A stretch of DNA of 64,000 nt from an uncultured Actinomycetota bacterium (GTDB lineage: Bacteria > Actinomycetota > Humimicrobiia > Humimicrobiales > Humimicrobiaceae), in contig CAYREF010000001.1 in the NCBI GenBank assembly GCA_964423265.1, forward strand, positions 4,548-68,547. The letters run 5' to 3'. Positions within the stretch are counted from its first letter, which is position 1; each line of letters opens with the position of its first letter. The translations under genes were made by a program, and so were the position numbers. Positions 23,211 through 34,086 of the stretch are shown here, in pieces. The notes under the pieces are model-generated. The model saw nothing but the letters and a program-made list of their open reading frames with translations. It searched no databases and was not told the DNA's origin.

Positions 23211-24053
23211 TTGGAGGTAATTAAGTTGGCTTTAAAAAAATATAAAGCAAATACGCCTGGAAGAAGGTTTGCGACAGTTTCAGATAATTCAGGCTTGGAT
23301 AAAAAAAGACCGGAAAAATCTTTGACTGTACCGTTAAAGAAGAATGCTGGAAGGAATACATATGGCAGGATTACCAGAAGACATAGCGGTGGCGGCCATA
23401 AAAGGATGTACAGGATTATAGATTTTAAAAGGGATAAAGATGGAATACCTGCAAAGGTTATAGCCATTGAATATGACCCAAACAGAAGCGCAAGGATAGC
23501 CCTTTTAAGATATGTTGATGGAGAAAAAAGATATATTATAGCTCCAAGGAAATTAGAAAAAGGGGACACTGTTATGTCCGGGGAGAAGGCTGATATAAAG
23601 CCGGGAAACAGTATTCCATTAGATAAAATACCTATTGGTAGCATAATACATAATATTGAGCTCAAAGCTGGGAAAGGCGCTGAATTGGTAAGGTCTGCGG
23701 GAGGCTCTGCCCAGCTGTTAGCGAAGGAAGAAGGCTATGCCAATATAAAGCTTCCCTCTGGCGAGGTAAGGCTGGTTAAGCTGAATTGTAAGGCTACGGT
23801 TGGCCAGATTGGAAATATGGACCATGAAATATTGAGTCTGGGAAAAGCTGGCAGAAAAAGATGGTTAGGTATCAGGCCTTCTGTAAGGGGTACAGTAATG
23901 AACCCCATTGATCATCCTCACGGGGGTGGCGAAGGTAAAAATAAGAGTGCGGGAAGGGACCCGGTATCCCCTTGGGGCACGCCTGCAATTGGATATAGGA
24001 CCAGAAAGAAAAATAAAGATACCGATAAATATATAGTGAAGAGAAGAAAATAG
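23211..24053 (+). CDS. rplB: 50S ribosomal protein L2
   Basis: 280 aa. Motifs including GGGHKR. The start may be the TTG at about 23226. Confidence 0.96.
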   Translation: MEVIKLALKKYKANTPGRRFATVSDNSGLDKKRPEKSLTVPLKKNAGRNTYGRITRRHSGGGHKRMYRIIDFKRDKDGIPAKVIAIEYDPNRSARIALLRYVDGEKRYIIAPRKLEKGDTVMSGEKADIKPGNSIPLDKIPIGSIIHNIELKAGKGAELVRSAGGSAQLLAKEEGYANIKLPSGEVRLVKLNCKATVGQIGNMDHEILSLGKAGRKRWLGIRPSVRGTVMNPIDHPHGGGEGKNKSAGRDPVSPWGTPAIGYRTRKKNKDTDKYIVKRRK

Positions 24054-24066
24054 AGGAGGAATTTAA

Positions 24067-24360
24067 ATGTCCAGGTCTTTAAAAAAGGGACCTTATGTTG
24101 ACTTAAAATTGTTTAGCAAAATTGAAGAGTTGAATGAAAAGGGTGAAAAAAAGATAGTAAAAACTTGGTCTCGTCGTTCAACCATTTTTCCTGAAATGGT
24201 TGGGCATACTATTGCGGTACATGACGGAAAGAGGCATATACCCATTTTCATCTCAGAGTCAATGGTGGGCCATAAGTTGGGAGAATTTGCTCCGACCAGG
24301 TCTATCAGGCCGCATATTCATAAAGGAAAAAGCGAAAAAATTGCTTCGGTAGAAGAATAG
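24067..24360 (+). CDS. rpsS: 30S ribosomal protein S19
   Basis: 97 aa. [11 protein letters not shown]. Confidence 0.97.
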   Translation: MSRSLKKGPYVDLKLFSKIEELNEKGEKKIVKTWSRRSTIFPEMVGHTIAVHDGKRHIPIFISESMVGHKLGEFAPTRSIRPHIHKGKSEKIASVEE

Positions 24361-24365
24361 TTAAA

Positions 24366-24752
24366 ATGAAGAGGGGGCAAAAGTTGGAAGCTAAAGCAGT
24401 TGAAAATTATATTAGAATATCGCCGAGAAAAATTAGGCTGGTTACTGAGCTGGTCAAAAATAAAAAGGTTGAAGATGCCATAAATATATTGAGTTTTACC
24501 CCTAAGAAGGGTGCAGAAATATTGAAAAAGGCTATAAATAGCGCTGCGGCAAATGCAGTAGAAAATCATGGCATGGAAGAAGAAGATTTATTTATAACAA
24601 AAATATTGGTGGGCGATGGGCCTACTTTAAAAAGATATAGGCCAAGAGCAAGAGGAAGAGCAACTATGATCAGAAAAAGGACCTCGAATATAAAAGTGTT
24701 TGTATCTGACGGTAAAGATGAGGAGGGAAAAGCAAATGGGTCAAAAAATTAA
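24366..24752 (+). CDS. rplV: 50S ribosomal protein L22
   Basis: 128 aa L22 family. Confidence 0.95.
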   Translation: MKRGQKLEAKAVENYIRISPRKIRLVTELVKNKKVEDAINILSFTPKKGAEILKKAINSAAANAVENHGMEEEDLFITKILVGDGPTLKRYRPRARGRATMIRKRTSNIKVFVSDGKDEEGKANGSKN

Positions 24753-25449
24753 TCCAAATGGCTTAAGAATAGGTATAAATAAAGGCTGGAAATCAAGGTG
24801 GTTTGCCACTAAAGATTATCCAAAGCTTTTAGCCGAAGACATAAAAATTAGAGAAATAATAAATAGTCAGTTGGATAATGCAGGAATATCTTCTATAGAA
24901 ATAGAAAGGACTGCAGAGGATGTAAAAGTAGATGTCCACACTTCTAAGCCAGGAATAGTTATTGGCAGGAAGGGAAGTACTATAAATGATATCAGGGGCT
25001 TGATTGAGCAAGAAATAGATAAGAATATACAGCTAAATATAGTAGAGATAAAGAAACCTGAGCTTATTGCAAAATTAGTAGCAGAGGGAATTGCTTCCCA
25101 GCTTATCGGAAGAGTAAGCTTCAGAAGGGCAATGAAAAAAGCTGTTTCGCTGGCTACAAGAGCTGGAGCCAAGGGCATTAAGGTACAATGTTCCGGAAGG
25201 CTGGGTGGTGCTGAAATGGCAAGGACTGAGTGGTACCGAGAAGGAAGAGTGCCTCTGCATACATTAAGAGCTGATATTGATTACGGATTTGCAGAAGCAA
25301 ATACTACTTTTGGAAAAATTGGAGTCAAGGTTTGGATATATTTAGGAGACAGGATTTTGGACAAAGAAGAAATTGCTGAAGAAAAGAAAAAAATGAAAGA
25401 GTCTGCTGACTCTGAAGAGGATAAGAAGGAAGAAAAAGTTTCAAGTTAG
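24736..25449 (+). CDS. rpsC: 30S ribosomal protein S3
   Basis: ORF track starts at 24700 inside rplV. The in-frame ATG at 24736 ([14 protein letters not shown]) is the canonical S3 start. Confidence 0.95.
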   Translation: MGQKINPNGLRIGINKGWKSRWFATKDYPKLLAEDIKIREIINSQLDNAGISSIEIERTAEDVKVDVHTSKPGIVIGRKGSTINDIRGLIEQEIDKNIQLNIVEIKKPELIAKLVAEGIASQLIGRVSFRRAMKKAVSLATRAGAKGIKVQCSGRLGGAEMARTEWYREGRVPLHTLRADIDYGFAEANTTFGKIGVKVWIYLGDRILDKEEIAEEKKKMKESADSEEDKKEEKVSS

Positions 25450-25459
25450 GAGTTTTATT

Positions 25460-25870
25460 ATGCCAATGTTAATGCCTAAAAGGTTAAAACATAGAAAAGT
25501 ACAAAGAGGTAGAATGAAGGGAATTGCCAAGGGGGGCTTAAAGCTTTCTTTTGGCGAATATGGTCTTCAAGCCATTGAGCCTGGATGGATTACTTCCAGG
25601 CAGATTGAAGCTGCAAGGATAGCCTTGACCAGGTTTATAAAAAGGGGTGGAAAAGTATGGATAAATATTTTTCCCCATAAACCGGTGACCAAGCAACCTG
25701 CCGAGACAAGGATGGGTGGAGGTAAAGGTATACCTGAGCAGTGGGTTGCAGTTGTAAAACCCGGAAAGATCATGTTTGAACTTTCAGGGGTTAGTGAAAA
25801 TATAGCCCATGAGGCTATTAATTTAGCTGCAAATAAATTGCCCATAAAGGCTAAATTTATAAAGGAATAA
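25460..25870 (+). CDS. rplP: 50S ribosomal protein L16
   Basis: 136 aa L16 family. Confidence 0.95.
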   Translation: MPMLMPKRLKHRKVQRGRMKGIAKGGLKLSFGEYGLQAIEPGWITSRQIEAARIALTRFIKRGGKVWINIFPHKPVTKQPAETRMGGGKGIPEQWVAVVKPGKIMFELSGVSENIAHEAINLAANKLPIKAKFIKE

Positions 25871-25871
25871 T

Positions 25872-26084
25872 TTGGTGGTTATCATGAGAACAAGTGAACT
25901 GAGGGAACAGACGATTGAGGAATTGCAAAACAGGCTGGAAGAGAATAAGAAAAGTATTTTTAATATAAGGTTTCAGAAGGCAACTGGCCAGTTGGAGAAT
26001 CCTATGAGGATTCGTAATTTGAAAAAAGAAGTTGCTGTGATAAAAACTTTGATCCGTGAAAAGCAGCTAGGAATAAATCAGTAA
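25872..26084 (+). CDS. rpmC: 50S ribosomal protein L29
   Basis: 70 aa L29 family. Confidence 0.9.
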   Translation: MVVIMRTSELREQTIEELQNRLEENKKSIFNIRFQKATGQLENPMRIRNLKKEVAVIKTLIREKQLGINQ

Positions 26085-26091
26085 GGGGGTT

Positions 26092-26349
26092 TTGTTGGAA
26101 ACAGGAAAGAGAAAAGAAAGGGTAGGTACAGTAGTTAGCGATAAAATGAGCAAGACGGCAGTAATAGAAGTGGCCTCATTTTATAAGCACTCTTTGTATA
26201 AAAAAACTTTGAAGAAATTTAAGAAATATAAGGTAGATGATCCTGAAAATAAGTGCAATATTGGAGATAAAGTTAGGATTATTGAAACTAGGCCTCTTAG
26301 TAAAACTAAGAGATGGCGGCTACTTGAAATATTAAGGAAAGCTGAGTAG
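26092..26349 (+). CDS. rpsQ: 30S ribosomal protein S17
   Basis: 85 aa S17 family. Confidence 0.95.
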   Translation: MLETGKRKERVGTVVSDKMSKTAVIEVASFYKHSLYKKTLKKFKKYKVDDPENKCNIGDKVRIIETRPLSKTKRWRLLEILRKAE

Positions 26350-26365
26350 AAGAAGGGTATCTAAA

Positions 26366-26734
26366 ATGATTCAAGCAGAGAGTAAAGTAAAAGTGGCAGA
26401 TAATACAGGGGCCAGGCAGATAGTATGCATAAAGGTTCTTGGGGGCTCCAGAAGGAGATATGCAAGAATTGGAGATGTATTTGTGGCTAACGTATATGAT
26501 GCTGCTCCCGGGGGTGTAGTTAAAAAAAGTGAAATAGTTAGAGCAGTACTGGTTAGATCAAAGAAAAGCTTTAGGAGGAAAGACGGGTCTAATATCAGGT
26601 TTGATGATAATGCTGCTGTAATTATTGACAATCAGGATAATCCCAGGGGCACCAGGATATTTGGACCTGTAGCCCGTGAATTAAGGGAAAAGAATTTTAT
26701 GAAAATTATCTCTTTATCGCCAGAGGTTATTTAG
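26366..26734 (+). CDS. rplN: 50S ribosomal protein L14
   Basis: 122 aa. [17 protein letters not shown]. Confidence 0.97.
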   Translation: MIQAESKVKVADNTGARQIVCIKVLGGSRRRYARIGDVFVANVYDAAPGGVVKKSEIVRAVLVRSKKSFRRKDGSNIRFDDNAAVIIDNQDNPRGTRIFGPVARELREKNFMKIISLSPEVI

Positions 26735-26750
26735 ATTAGGAGTTGAATAA

Positions 26751-27062
26751 ATGCTAAAGGTAAAAAAGAATGACAGGGTAAAAATAATACAGGGAAAAGA
26801 TAGGGGAAAAACCGGTAAGGTTTTAAGGATTGATAATAAAAATATGAGATTATTTGTAGAAGGTATTAATATAATTAACAAGCATACCAGGCAGAAGGCC
26901 CAGAATGAGCCTGGGGGCATTATAAAGAAGGAAGGCCCTATTGATATCTCTAATGTTAAGCTGGTTTGTCCGCATTGCGGAAAAGATACCAGGGTAGGGA
27001 TTGTAGTCCAGGATTCTGGACAGAAAACGAGAATTTGTAAAAAATGTGGAGAGCAGATATAA
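26751..27062 (+). CDS. rplX: 50S ribosomal protein L24 (C-terminal CxxC...CxxC)
   Basis: 103 aa. KOW region plus C-terminal [11 protein letters not shown]...[10 protein letters not shown]. Confidence 0.93.
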   Translation: MLKVKKNDRVKIIQGKDRGKTGKVLRIDNKNMRLFVEGINIINKHTRQKAQNEPGGIIKKEGPIDISNVKLVCPHCGKDTRVGIVVQDSGQKTRICKKCGEQI

Positions 27063-27084
27063 AATGAGTGCTAAGGTGGTATTA

Positions 27085-27630
27085 ATGAAACCTAGATTAA
27101 AAGAGTTATATGCAGAAGAAATAGTACCTGCATTGGTAAAAGAGCATAATTACAAGAATATAATGGAAGTTCCCAAAATTGAAAAGATAAGCGTGAATAT
27201 GGGTATTGGATCTGCTACAGAAAATATTAAAGAATTAGAGTCTGCAGCAGGGGATCTGGCTAAAGTAACTGGCCAGAAACCTATAATTACTAAAGCTAAA
27301 AAATCGATAGCAGGATTTAAAATAAGGGCTGGGGATTCTATAGGTTGCAAGGTAACCTTGAGGGGAAATAGGATGTATGAATTTTTAGACAGGTTATTAA
27401 ATGTTGCTTTGCCTAGGGTTAGGGACTTTAGAGGTCTTTCACCTAAAAGCTTTGACGGAAACGGGAATTATACTATTGGAATAAGGGAACAATTGATTTT
27501 CCCTGAAATTGATTATGACAGTATATTAAGTGTTAAGGGCATGAACATTACTATAAACACTACAGCTGAAAGTAATGGGGAAGCCTTAAGCTTACTTGAA
27601 AAATTTGGTTTTCCTTTTAGGAAACAATAA
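27085..27630 (+). CDS. rplE: 50S ribosomal protein L5
   Basis: ORF track 27046. The in-frame ATG at 27085 (MKPRLKELY) fits the L5 N-terminus. Confidence 0.93.
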   Translation: MKPRLKELYAEEIVPALVKEHNYKNIMEVPKIEKISVNMGIGSATENIKELESAAGDLAKVTGQKPIITKAKKSIAGFKIRAGDSIGCKVTLRGNRMYEFLDRLLNVALPRVRDFRGLSPKSFDGNGNYTIGIREQLIFPEIDYDSILSVKGMNITINTTAESNGEALSLLEKFGFPFRKQ

Positions 27631-27650
27631 ATTAATGGGAGGAATTTTTA

Positions 27651-27836
27651 GTGGCTAGGAAAGCTTTAATTGAAAAACAGAAAAAAGAGCCAAAATTTAG
27701 CACCAGAAAATACAATAGGTGCAATAGGTGTGGAAGAAGCAGAGGATATTACCGGAAATTTGGCTTGTGCAGAATTTGTTTAAGAGAATTGGCCCATGAA
27801 GGGAAAATTCCTGGGCTTACTAAGTCCAGTTGGTAG
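27651..27836 (+). CDS. rpsZ: 30S ribosomal protein S14 type Z (zinc-binding)
   Basis: 61 aa. CNRCGRSRG...CRIC. Confidence 0.95.
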   Translation: MARKALIEKQKKEPKFSTRKYNRCNRCGRSRGYYRKFGLCRICLRELAHEGKIPGLTKSSW

Positions 27837-27852
27837 AAAAAAAGGAGGATTA

Positions 27853-28254
27853 ATGGTTGTTTCAGATCCGGTTGCTGATATGTTAACCAGGCTAAGGAAT
27901 GCGAATAATGCAAAGCATGATTGGGTAGATATACCTTCTTCAAAGCTGAAGTTAGAGATTGCAAAAATTTTAGATGAAGAAGGTTATGTGCGTAGTCATG
28001 AAACCCGAAAACTTGATAACAATATTGGAGTTATCCGGGTTTACCTTAAATATAATGAAGAAGGCATTAGCCCGATAAATGGAATAAAAAGGGTTAGCAA
28101 GCCTGGCAGAAGAATTTATAAAGATAAAGATAATATTCCGAAAGTGCTTGGCGGTTTGGGTACTGCTATTCTTTCAACTTCCCGAGGTTTGATGGCTGGA
28201 AACACAGCTGAAAAGGAAGGCGTTGGGGGAGAAGTGCTTTGTTATATTTGGTAG
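27853..28254 (+). CDS. rpsH: 30S ribosomal protein S8
   Basis: ORF track 27796. The in-frame ATG at 27853 is preceded by [25 protein letters not shown]. Confidence 0.95.
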   Translation: MVVSDPVADMLTRLRNANNAKHDWVDIPSSKLKLEIAKILDEEGYVRSHETRKLDNNIGVIRVYLKYNEEGISPINGIKRVSKPGRRIYKDKDNIPKVLGGLGTAILSTSRGLMAGNTAEKEGVGGEVLCYIW

Positions 28255-28263
28255 AAAGCGAGG

Positions 28264-28830
28264 TTGGTTAGATTGTCAAGGATAGGTAAAAAGCCCATTT
28301 CTTTACCGGATGGGGTTGATGTAAAAATAGAAAAAGATAAAGTAACTGTTAAGGGAAAATTAGGAGAATTATCCCTTTATATTGATCCTGGCATAAAAGT
28401 TGAAAACAAGGATAATAATTTGATTGTTAGGCCAGTGGGCAATATCAATGGTTTAAGGGCAAAATACGGGCTTTACAGGAGCCTGTTAAATAATTTAGTA
28501 GTTGGGGTAAGCGAGGGTTTCAGTAAAACCCTAAAGATTGTGGGAGTTGGCTATAAAGCTGGCGTAAAAGGGAATAACCTGGAACTAAATGTAGGCTATT
28601 CTAACCCTGTTGTATTTAAGAAGATTCCAGGCATTGATTTTGAAACCCCTGACAACAATACTATTATTGTCAAAGGAATAGATAAGCAGCTTGTGGGGAA
28701 AATTGCTGCTGATATAAGGGAAGTAAGAAAACCGGAGCCCTATAAAGGTAAAGGCATAAGATATGAAGACGAATATGTTAGAAGAAAAGTTGGAAAAGCT
28801 GCTATTACTGCGGCAGGAGTAGGTAAATAG
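28264..28830 (+). CDS. rplF: 50S ribosomal protein L6
   Basis: L6 family. The start may be the TTG at 28273 (MSRIGKKPI). Confidence 0.95.
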   Translation: MVRLSRIGKKPISLPDGVDVKIEKDKVTVKGKLGELSLYIDPGIKVENKDNNLIVRPVGNINGLRAKYGLYRSLLNNLVVGVSEGFSKTLKIVGVGYKAGVKGNNLELNVGYSNPVVFKKIPGIDFETPDNNTIIVKGIDKQLVGKIAADIREVRKPEPYKGKGIRYEDEYVRRKVGKAAITAAGVGK

Positions 28831-28840
28831 GGGAGTATTT

Positions 28841-29203
28841 ATGAAGACAAAAATTGAAAAAAAAGATAAAGGACTAAGAAGGAAACTAAGGTCAAAGCAT
28901 AAGATTAAATATAAATCAGAACGTCCGAGGCTTTGTGTCTATAGGAGCAATAAACATATTTATGGTCAGATTATTGATGATTTTACCGGGGATACTATAG
29001 TTGGCATTTCCAGCAAGAGTATTACACCCAAGGCAGAGGATAAAGGAAAAATAGACATAAGCTTTAGGACAGGAGAAAAATTGGCCGAAATTGCAAAAAA
29101 GAAAAAAATAACAGAAGTTGCTTTTGATAAGAATAAGTTTAAGTATCATGGCAGGGTAAAAGCACTTGCAGATGGTGCACGAAAAGGCGGATTGAAATTT
29201 TAA
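28841..29203 (+). CDS. rplR: 50S ribosomal protein L18
   Basis: 120 aa L18 family. Confidence 0.95.
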   Translation: MKTKIEKKDKGLRRKLRSKHKIKYKSERPRLCVYRSNKHIYGQIIDDFTGDTIVGISSKSITPKAEDKGKIDISFRTGEKLAEIAKKKKITEVAFDKNKFKYHGRVKALADGARKGGLKF

Positions 29204-29227
29204 CAGAGCTTACAAGGAGGAAATTTA

Positions 29228-29704
29228 GTGCCGGATAATACCAAAACAAATGAATTAGAAGAAAAAGTTATAAAGATAAATAGGGTAGCAAAAGTTGTAA
29301 AAGGTGGAAGAAGGTTCAGCTTTAGCGCATTAGTGGCTGTTGGTGACAATAGAAGCAAGGTAGGAGTTGGATATGGCAAGGCAAATGAAGTTTCTACAGC
29401 TATAGTAAAGGGAGTAAATAGAGCTAAGAAAAATTTATTTAAAGTACCGCTGGTTGAAGGGACTATTCCTTACCAAATTAATGCAAAATATGGAGCTGGC
29501 CATGTTTTTATGAAACCTGCTTCTGAAGGGACAGGAGTAATTGCTGGAGGTCCAGTTAGGGCAATACTTGAGCTTGCGGGAATTAGGAACATTTTAACCA
29601 AGTCAATAGGTAGTTCTAATGCTTTAAGCATTGCCAATGCTACTATTCACGGGTTGAAATCCCTTAAAACACCTGAGCAGATAAAGGAAATTAGAGGCAA
29701 ATAA
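29228..29704 (+). CDS. rpsE: 30S ribosomal protein S5
   Basis: 158 aa S5 family, GTG start. Confidence 0.95.
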   Translation: MPDNTKTNELEEKVIKINRVAKVVKGGRRFSFSALVAVGDNRSKVGVGYGKANEVSTAIVKGVNRAKKNLFKVPLVEGTIPYQINAKYGAGHVFMKPASEGTGVIAGGPVRAILELAGIRNILTKSIGSSNALSIANATIHGLKSLKTPEQIKEIRGK

Positions 29705-29731
29705 GTATTTAATGTCTGGAGGAGATAAATA

Positions 29732-30175
29732 GTGAGAATTAATGATATAAAAAAACCAAAAGGAGTTCGTAAATCCAGAAAAAGAGTTGGCAGAGGCGAC
29801 AGTTCTGGTTATGGTAAAACTGCAGGTAGAGGAACCAAAGGCCAGCTTTCAAGATCTGGAGGCAAGACCAGGATAGGTTTTGAAGGAGGACAAATGCCTT
29901 TACAGAGAAGGCTTCCCCACCTTAAAGGCTTTAAGAATACCAGGAAAAAAGTTTATAATACCATAAATGTAGGCGAACTTGATAAGTTTAAAGAGGGCAC
30001 TACAGTAGATTACAAGCTGCTTAAGGAAAGCGGACATTTAGTTAAGAAAAGCGACCTGGTTAAAATATTGGGTGACGGTGAACTTAGCAAGAAACTGAAT
30101 GTTAAAGCCAATGCCTTTAGTAAAAGTGCTGCACAAAAAATTGAAAAAGCAGGCGGAAAGGCGGAGGTAGTATAG
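29732..30175 (+). CDS. rplO: 50S ribosomal protein L15
   Basis: 147 aa L15 family. Follows S5 after only a 27-nt gap, so no rpmD (L30) is present. Confidence 0.95.
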   Translation: MRINDIKKPKGVRKSRKRVGRGDSSGYGKTAGRGTKGQLSRSGGKTRIGFEGGQMPLQRRLPHLKGFKNTRKKVYNTINVGELDKFKEGTTVDYKLLKESGHLVKKSDLVKILGDGELSKKLNVKANAFSKSAAQKIEKAGGKAEVV

Positions 30176-30176
30176 G

Positions 30177-31439
30177 ATGTTCCGCGCTATTGTAAATGCT
30201 TTTAAGATAAAAGAAATTAGAAATAAAATATTGTTTACTATTGGCATTTTGGCCATATACAGATTTGGGGCCAATTTAACCATACCTGGAGTTGATGCCT
30301 CGGTTGTAACTGAACAAGTACAGAGTGGTGTAATAGGAATGATGGACTTATTTTCAGGGGGAGCTTTAGGCAGATTTGCCGTTTTTGCCCTAGGGATTAT
30401 GCCTTATATTACTGCGACAATTATTATGCAGCTTTTACAGGTGGTTATACCCAAACTAGAGCAACTTTCAAAGCAGGGGGAGATAGGCAGGAGAAAGATT
30501 AATCAGATTTCCAGGTACTTAACAGCGGGCCTGGCTCTTATCCAGTCAGTTGCTATGGTATTTTTCTTTAGGAATTATGGAGCCATACCGGAATTTGATT
30601 TTATGCATGTATCTTTAATAGTCCTTACCCTGACTGCGGGTACTGTAATTATAATGTGGCTGGGGGAATTAATAAATGTTCATGGAATTGGCAATGGGAT
30701 ATCCTTGATAATATTTGCTTCCATTGTCTCAAGGCTTCCAGGCCAGATGATTAGCCTTTTTAGGCTTAGGGGTACGGATTTGGTATTTGTGGCTTTCTTC
30801 TTTATATTGGCTATTGGAGTAGTGATGGCTATTATTCTAATCCAGAACGGCGAAAGAAGGATACCGGTTCAGTATGCCAAGAGGGTTGTAGGCAGGAAGG
30901 TATTTGGAGGCCAAAGCACTTATATACCTTTAAAAGTTAACCAGTCAGGTGTTATGCCTATAATTCTTGCAGTGGCAGTGCTGCTATTTCCTGCCACTCT
31001 TGCCCAATTTATTCCTAATCGGTGGCTACAGAGTTTTGCTGATGCCTTAAATCCTAGTACAGCTGGCACCATTAATCCAATTTATGCGGTAACCTATACA
31101 GCTTTAATTATAGTTTTTGCTTATTTTTATACTGCCATTACTTTTAATCCCGTAGACACGGCAGATAACCTGAAAAAATATGGAGGCTTTATACCTGGAA
31201 TTAGGCCTGGAAGGAATACGGCAGACTACCTTTCAAATATATTAAACAGGATTACATTACCTGGGGCAATATTTCTGGCAATTGTGGCATTGCTTCCCGA
31301 GATCCTTATAAACTATATGGGCCTTCCCTTCAGATTTGGAGGCACCTCTATAATTATCGCTGTAGGTGTTGCATTGGAAACCATGAAACAGCTGGAGTCC
31401 CAGCTTACCATGAGAGACTATGAAGGATTTTTGAAATGA
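30177..31439 (+). CDS. secY: Preprotein translocase subunit SecY
   Basis: 420 aa, 10 TM. Confidence 0.97.
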   Translation: MFRAIVNAFKIKEIRNKILFTIGILAIYRFGANLTIPGVDASVVTEQVQSGVIGMMDLFSGGALGRFAVFALGIMPYITATIIMQLLQVVIPKLEQLSKQGEIGRRKINQISRYLTAGLALIQSVAMVFFFRNYGAIPEFDFMHVSLIVLTLTAGTVIIMWLGELINVHGIGNGISLIIFASIVSRLPGQMISLFRLRGTDLVFVAFFFILAIGVVMAIILIQNGERRIPVQYAKRVVGRKVFGGQSTYIPLKVNQSGVMPIILAVAVLLFPATLAQFIPNRWLQSFADALNPSTAGTINPIYAVTYTALIIVFAYFYTAITFNPVDTADNLKKYGGFIPGIRPGRNTADYLSNILNRITLPGAIFLAIVALLPEILINYMGLPFRFGGTSIIIAVGVALETMKQLESQLTMRDYEGFLK

Positions 31440-32065
31440 TCATTATATTACTAGGCCCCCCTGGAGCAGGAAAAGGAACCCAGGCTAAAAATATTAGTAA
31501 GAAATTTAATATTCCCCACATTTCAACTGGGGATATTTTAAGGAAAGAGATAAAAGAAGGCAGCGGCCTTGGGAAAAAAGCGAAGGAATATGTAGAAGGG
31601 GGAAAGCTTGTACCTGATGAAATTATAGTTGGCATTATAGAAAAGGAACTGGAAAAAGACAGCGCTAATAGTGGAGCGCTTTTGGATGGTTTTCCAAGAA
31701 CTATTGAACAGGCAGAGATGCTTGACCGGGTGCTGACTAGGATAGGGCTGTCTATAGACAAGGTGCTGAATTTGGAAGTAGACAGGAAAGAGTTAATTAA
31801 AAGACTAAGCAGCAGAAGGTTGTGCAAGTCATGCAAGCAGATAACCAAAGTGGAGGAAAGTGAAAAAAACCGTTGTCCTGAATGCGGGGAAACTTTAATA
31901 AAAAGAAAAGATGATGATATAAAGGTTATAAAGAAAAGGCTTGAAGTTTACCGTAAGCAGACGGAGCCTTTAATTGATTATTATCAATCAAAGGGGACCC
32001 TGGTAAATGTAGATGGTGATGGCTCTGAGGCAGAAGTCACCGAAAGGATATTAAATGCCTTATGA
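31436..32065 (+). CDS. adk: Adenylate kinase (zinc-binding lid)
   Basis: GPPGAGKGTQA P-loop. Lid carries CKSCKQ...CPECG. Confidence 0.97.
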   Translation: MIIILLGPPGAGKGTQAKNISKKFNIPHISTGDILRKEIKEGSGLGKKAKEYVEGGKLVPDEIIVGIIEKELEKDSANSGALLDGFPRTIEQAEMLDRVLTRIGLSIDKVLNLEVDRKELIKRLSSRRLCKSCKQITKVEESEKNRCPECGETLIKRKDDDIKVIKKRLEVYRKQTEPLIDYYQSKGTLVNVDGDGSEAEVTERILNAL

Positions 32066-32826
32066 TAATTTGCAAGTCATCTATTGAAATAGAGAAGATG
32101 CGAAAGGCTGCTAATATAGTAGCGGAAGTTCTTTTGAAAATTAAAAGCATACTAAAGCCGGGATTAGCTACCAAACATTTAAATGAAGTAGCTGAAGAAA
32201 TAATATATGGGAGAAAAGCAGAGCCTGTATTTAAAGGATATTTAGGAAGGATTAGCAAGATCCCCTTTCCCAGCAGTATTTGCGTTTCTATAAATGAAGA
32301 AGTGGTGCATGGGATACCGGGGGGCAGGGTTATAGAAGAAGGAGACCTGGTTTCTGTGGATGTAGGCGTAAAGCATGGAGGTTATTGCGGCGATGCAGCT
32401 AGAAGTTTTTTAGTGGGTAAAGTTGATGGCAGAGTCAGACAACTCTGGCAGGCCACCAGGGAAGCACTTAACTTAAGCATAGAAAAATGTAGGATTGGCG
32501 GAAGGTTGTCAGATATTTCCAATACTATAGAAGAGAGGGCAAAAAAGGATGGTTTTTCTGTGGTAAGGGATTTTGTGGGCCATGGTATAGGAAAGGATAT
32601 GCATGAGGATCCACAAATATTAAATTATGGTCCTCCGGGCCAGGGTCCAGTGCTAAAAAGGGGAATGGTTTTAGCCATAGAACCTATGCTTAATATAGGG
32701 AAAAGTGGTGTAAAGGTTCTGGATGATAAGTGGACTGTAGTAACTAAAGATAGGTCTATTTCATGCCATTTTGAAGATATGGTGGCAATAGCTGAAGGTG
32801 GCCCTGCTGTACTTACGGGGTTTTAA
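32062..32826 (+). CDS. map: Methionine aminopeptidase type I
   Basis: 254 aa MetAP family. Confidence 0.95.
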   Translation: MIICKSSIEIEKMRKAANIVAEVLLKIKSILKPGLATKHLNEVAEEIIYGRKAEPVFKGYLGRISKIPFPSSICVSINEEVVHGIPGGRVIEEGDLVSVDVGVKHGGYCGDAARSFLVGKVDGRVRQLWQATREALNLSIEKCRIGGRLSDISNTIEERAKKDGFSVVRDFVGHGIGKDMHEDPQILNYGPPGQGPVLKRGMVLAIEPMLNIGKSGVKVLDDKWTVVTKDRSISCHFEDMVAIAEGGPAVLTGF

Positions 32827-32903
32827 AAAATGTGTAGACAACAGTTAAGATTTTTGGTAACCTACATGTTTGTGCTCTAAATAAAGATAAGAGGGGGATA
32901 AAA

Positions 32904-33125
32904 ATTAGTAAAAAAGAAGGAATAATTGAAGCTGAAGGTACAATACTGGAAGCTCTGCCCAATGCAATGTTTCGGGTAGAACTTGATAACGGGCATAAAG
33001 TGCTGGCCCATATTTCAGGTAAAATGAGGATGCACTATATAAAGATATTGCCCGGTGATAAGGTGAAAGTCGAAATATCACCTTATGATTTAAGCAGGGG
33101 CAGAATAACTTACAGGAAAAAGTAA
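32904..33125 (+). CDS. infA: Translation initiation factor IF-1, apparent non-canonical ATT start
   Basis: Not in ORF track. Translation [73 protein letters not shown] aligns along the full length of IF-1. No ATG/GTG/TTG in frame between the upstream stop (32835) and the conserved core. SD GAGGGGG at 32891..32897 sits 6 nt before the ATT at 32904. Confidence 0.8.
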   Translation: MSKKEGIIEAEGTILEALPNAMFRVELDNGHKVLAHISGKMRMHYIKILPGDKVKVEISPYDLSRGRITYRKK

Positions 33126-33141
33126 ATAAAGAGGGATATAA

Positions 33142-33255
33142 ATGAAAGTTAAACCATCTGTTAAAAAAATGTGCAATAATTGCAGAATTATAAGAAGAGA
33201 GGGTAAAGTAATGGTTATATGCAAGAACCCTCGGCATAAACAAAAACAGGGTTAA
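33142..33255 (+). CDS. rpmJ: 50S ribosomal protein L36 (zinc-ribbon C+ form)
   Basis: Not in ORF track (37 aa). [37 protein letters not shown]. Confidence 0.9.
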   Translation: MKVKPSVKKMCNNCRIIRREGKVMVICKNPRHKQKQG

Positions 33256-33267
33256 GGAGGTTTTAAA

Positions 33268-33648
33268 TTGGCTAGAATTGCAGGAGTAGATATACCAAGG
33301 GATAAACATATAAATATTGCCTTAACTTATATTTATGGAATTGGGCAATCTAAAGCAAATAAGATTTTAGAGGAATTAAATATTGAAAAAAGTTTAAAAA
33401 CTAAAGACCTTAGCGACGGAGAAGTGGCAAAAATTAGACAGTATATTGATTCAAATGTTAAGGTCGAGGGAGACCTGAGAAGAGAAGTAAGCCAAAACGT
33501 TAAGAGGCTAATTGAGACAAACTCTTATAAAGGTATCAGGCATAAAAGGGGTCTTCCGGTAAGGGGCCAAAGGACCCATACTAATGCTAGGACTAGAAAA
33601 GGAAAGAAAAGAAGCGTAGGTATTAGAGGCAGAAAGGAAACAGGTTAA
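33268..33648 (+). CDS. rpsM: 30S ribosomal protein S13
   Basis: TTG start after [16 protein letters not shown]. Confidence 0.97.
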   Translation: MARIAGVDIPRDKHINIALTYIYGIGQSKANKILEELNIEKSLKTKDLSDGEVAKIRQYIDSNVKVEGDLRREVSQNVKRLIETNSYKGIRHKRGLPVRGQRTHTNARTRKGKKRSVGIRGRKETG

Positions 33649-33663
33649 TTAGGAGGTTAAATT

Positions 33664-34059
33664 TTGGCTAAGAAAAAGAAAGCTAAAAAAGTAAGGAAAA
33701 AGCAAAGAAAGAATATTGCATATGGAATTGCCCATATACAGTCAACTTTTAATAATACTATTGTTAATATTACTGACACTAAAGGTAATACTATAGCCTG
33801 GGGCAGTGCTGGTGCGAAAGGTTTTAAGGGATCAAGAAAAAGCACGCCTTTTGCGGCACAAATTACTGCTACCGAGGTGGCAAGAGAGGCCCAGGAACAT
33901 GGAGTTTCAAAAGTTGATGTCAGAGTAAAAGGTGTAGGTTCCGGCAGGGAAACAGCAGTAAGGTCGATTCAGGCTGCTGGCATTGATATCGGATCGGTTA
34001 TTGATGTTACTCCTGTTCCCCATAACGGGTGCAGGCTGCCTAAAAGAAGAAGAGTTTAG
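33664..34059 (+). CDS. rpsK: 30S ribosomal protein S11
   Basis: 131 aa S11 family. Confidence 0.96.
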   Translation: MAKKKKAKKVRKKQRKNIAYGIAHIQSTFNNTIVNITDTKGNTIAWGSAGAKGFKGSRKSTPFAAQITATEVAREAQEHGVSKVDVRVKGVGSGRETAVRSIQAAGIDIGSVIDVTPVPHNGCRLPKRRRV

Positions 34060-34086
34060 ATTTTTTAAAAAGGAGTTTCTAAAAAA

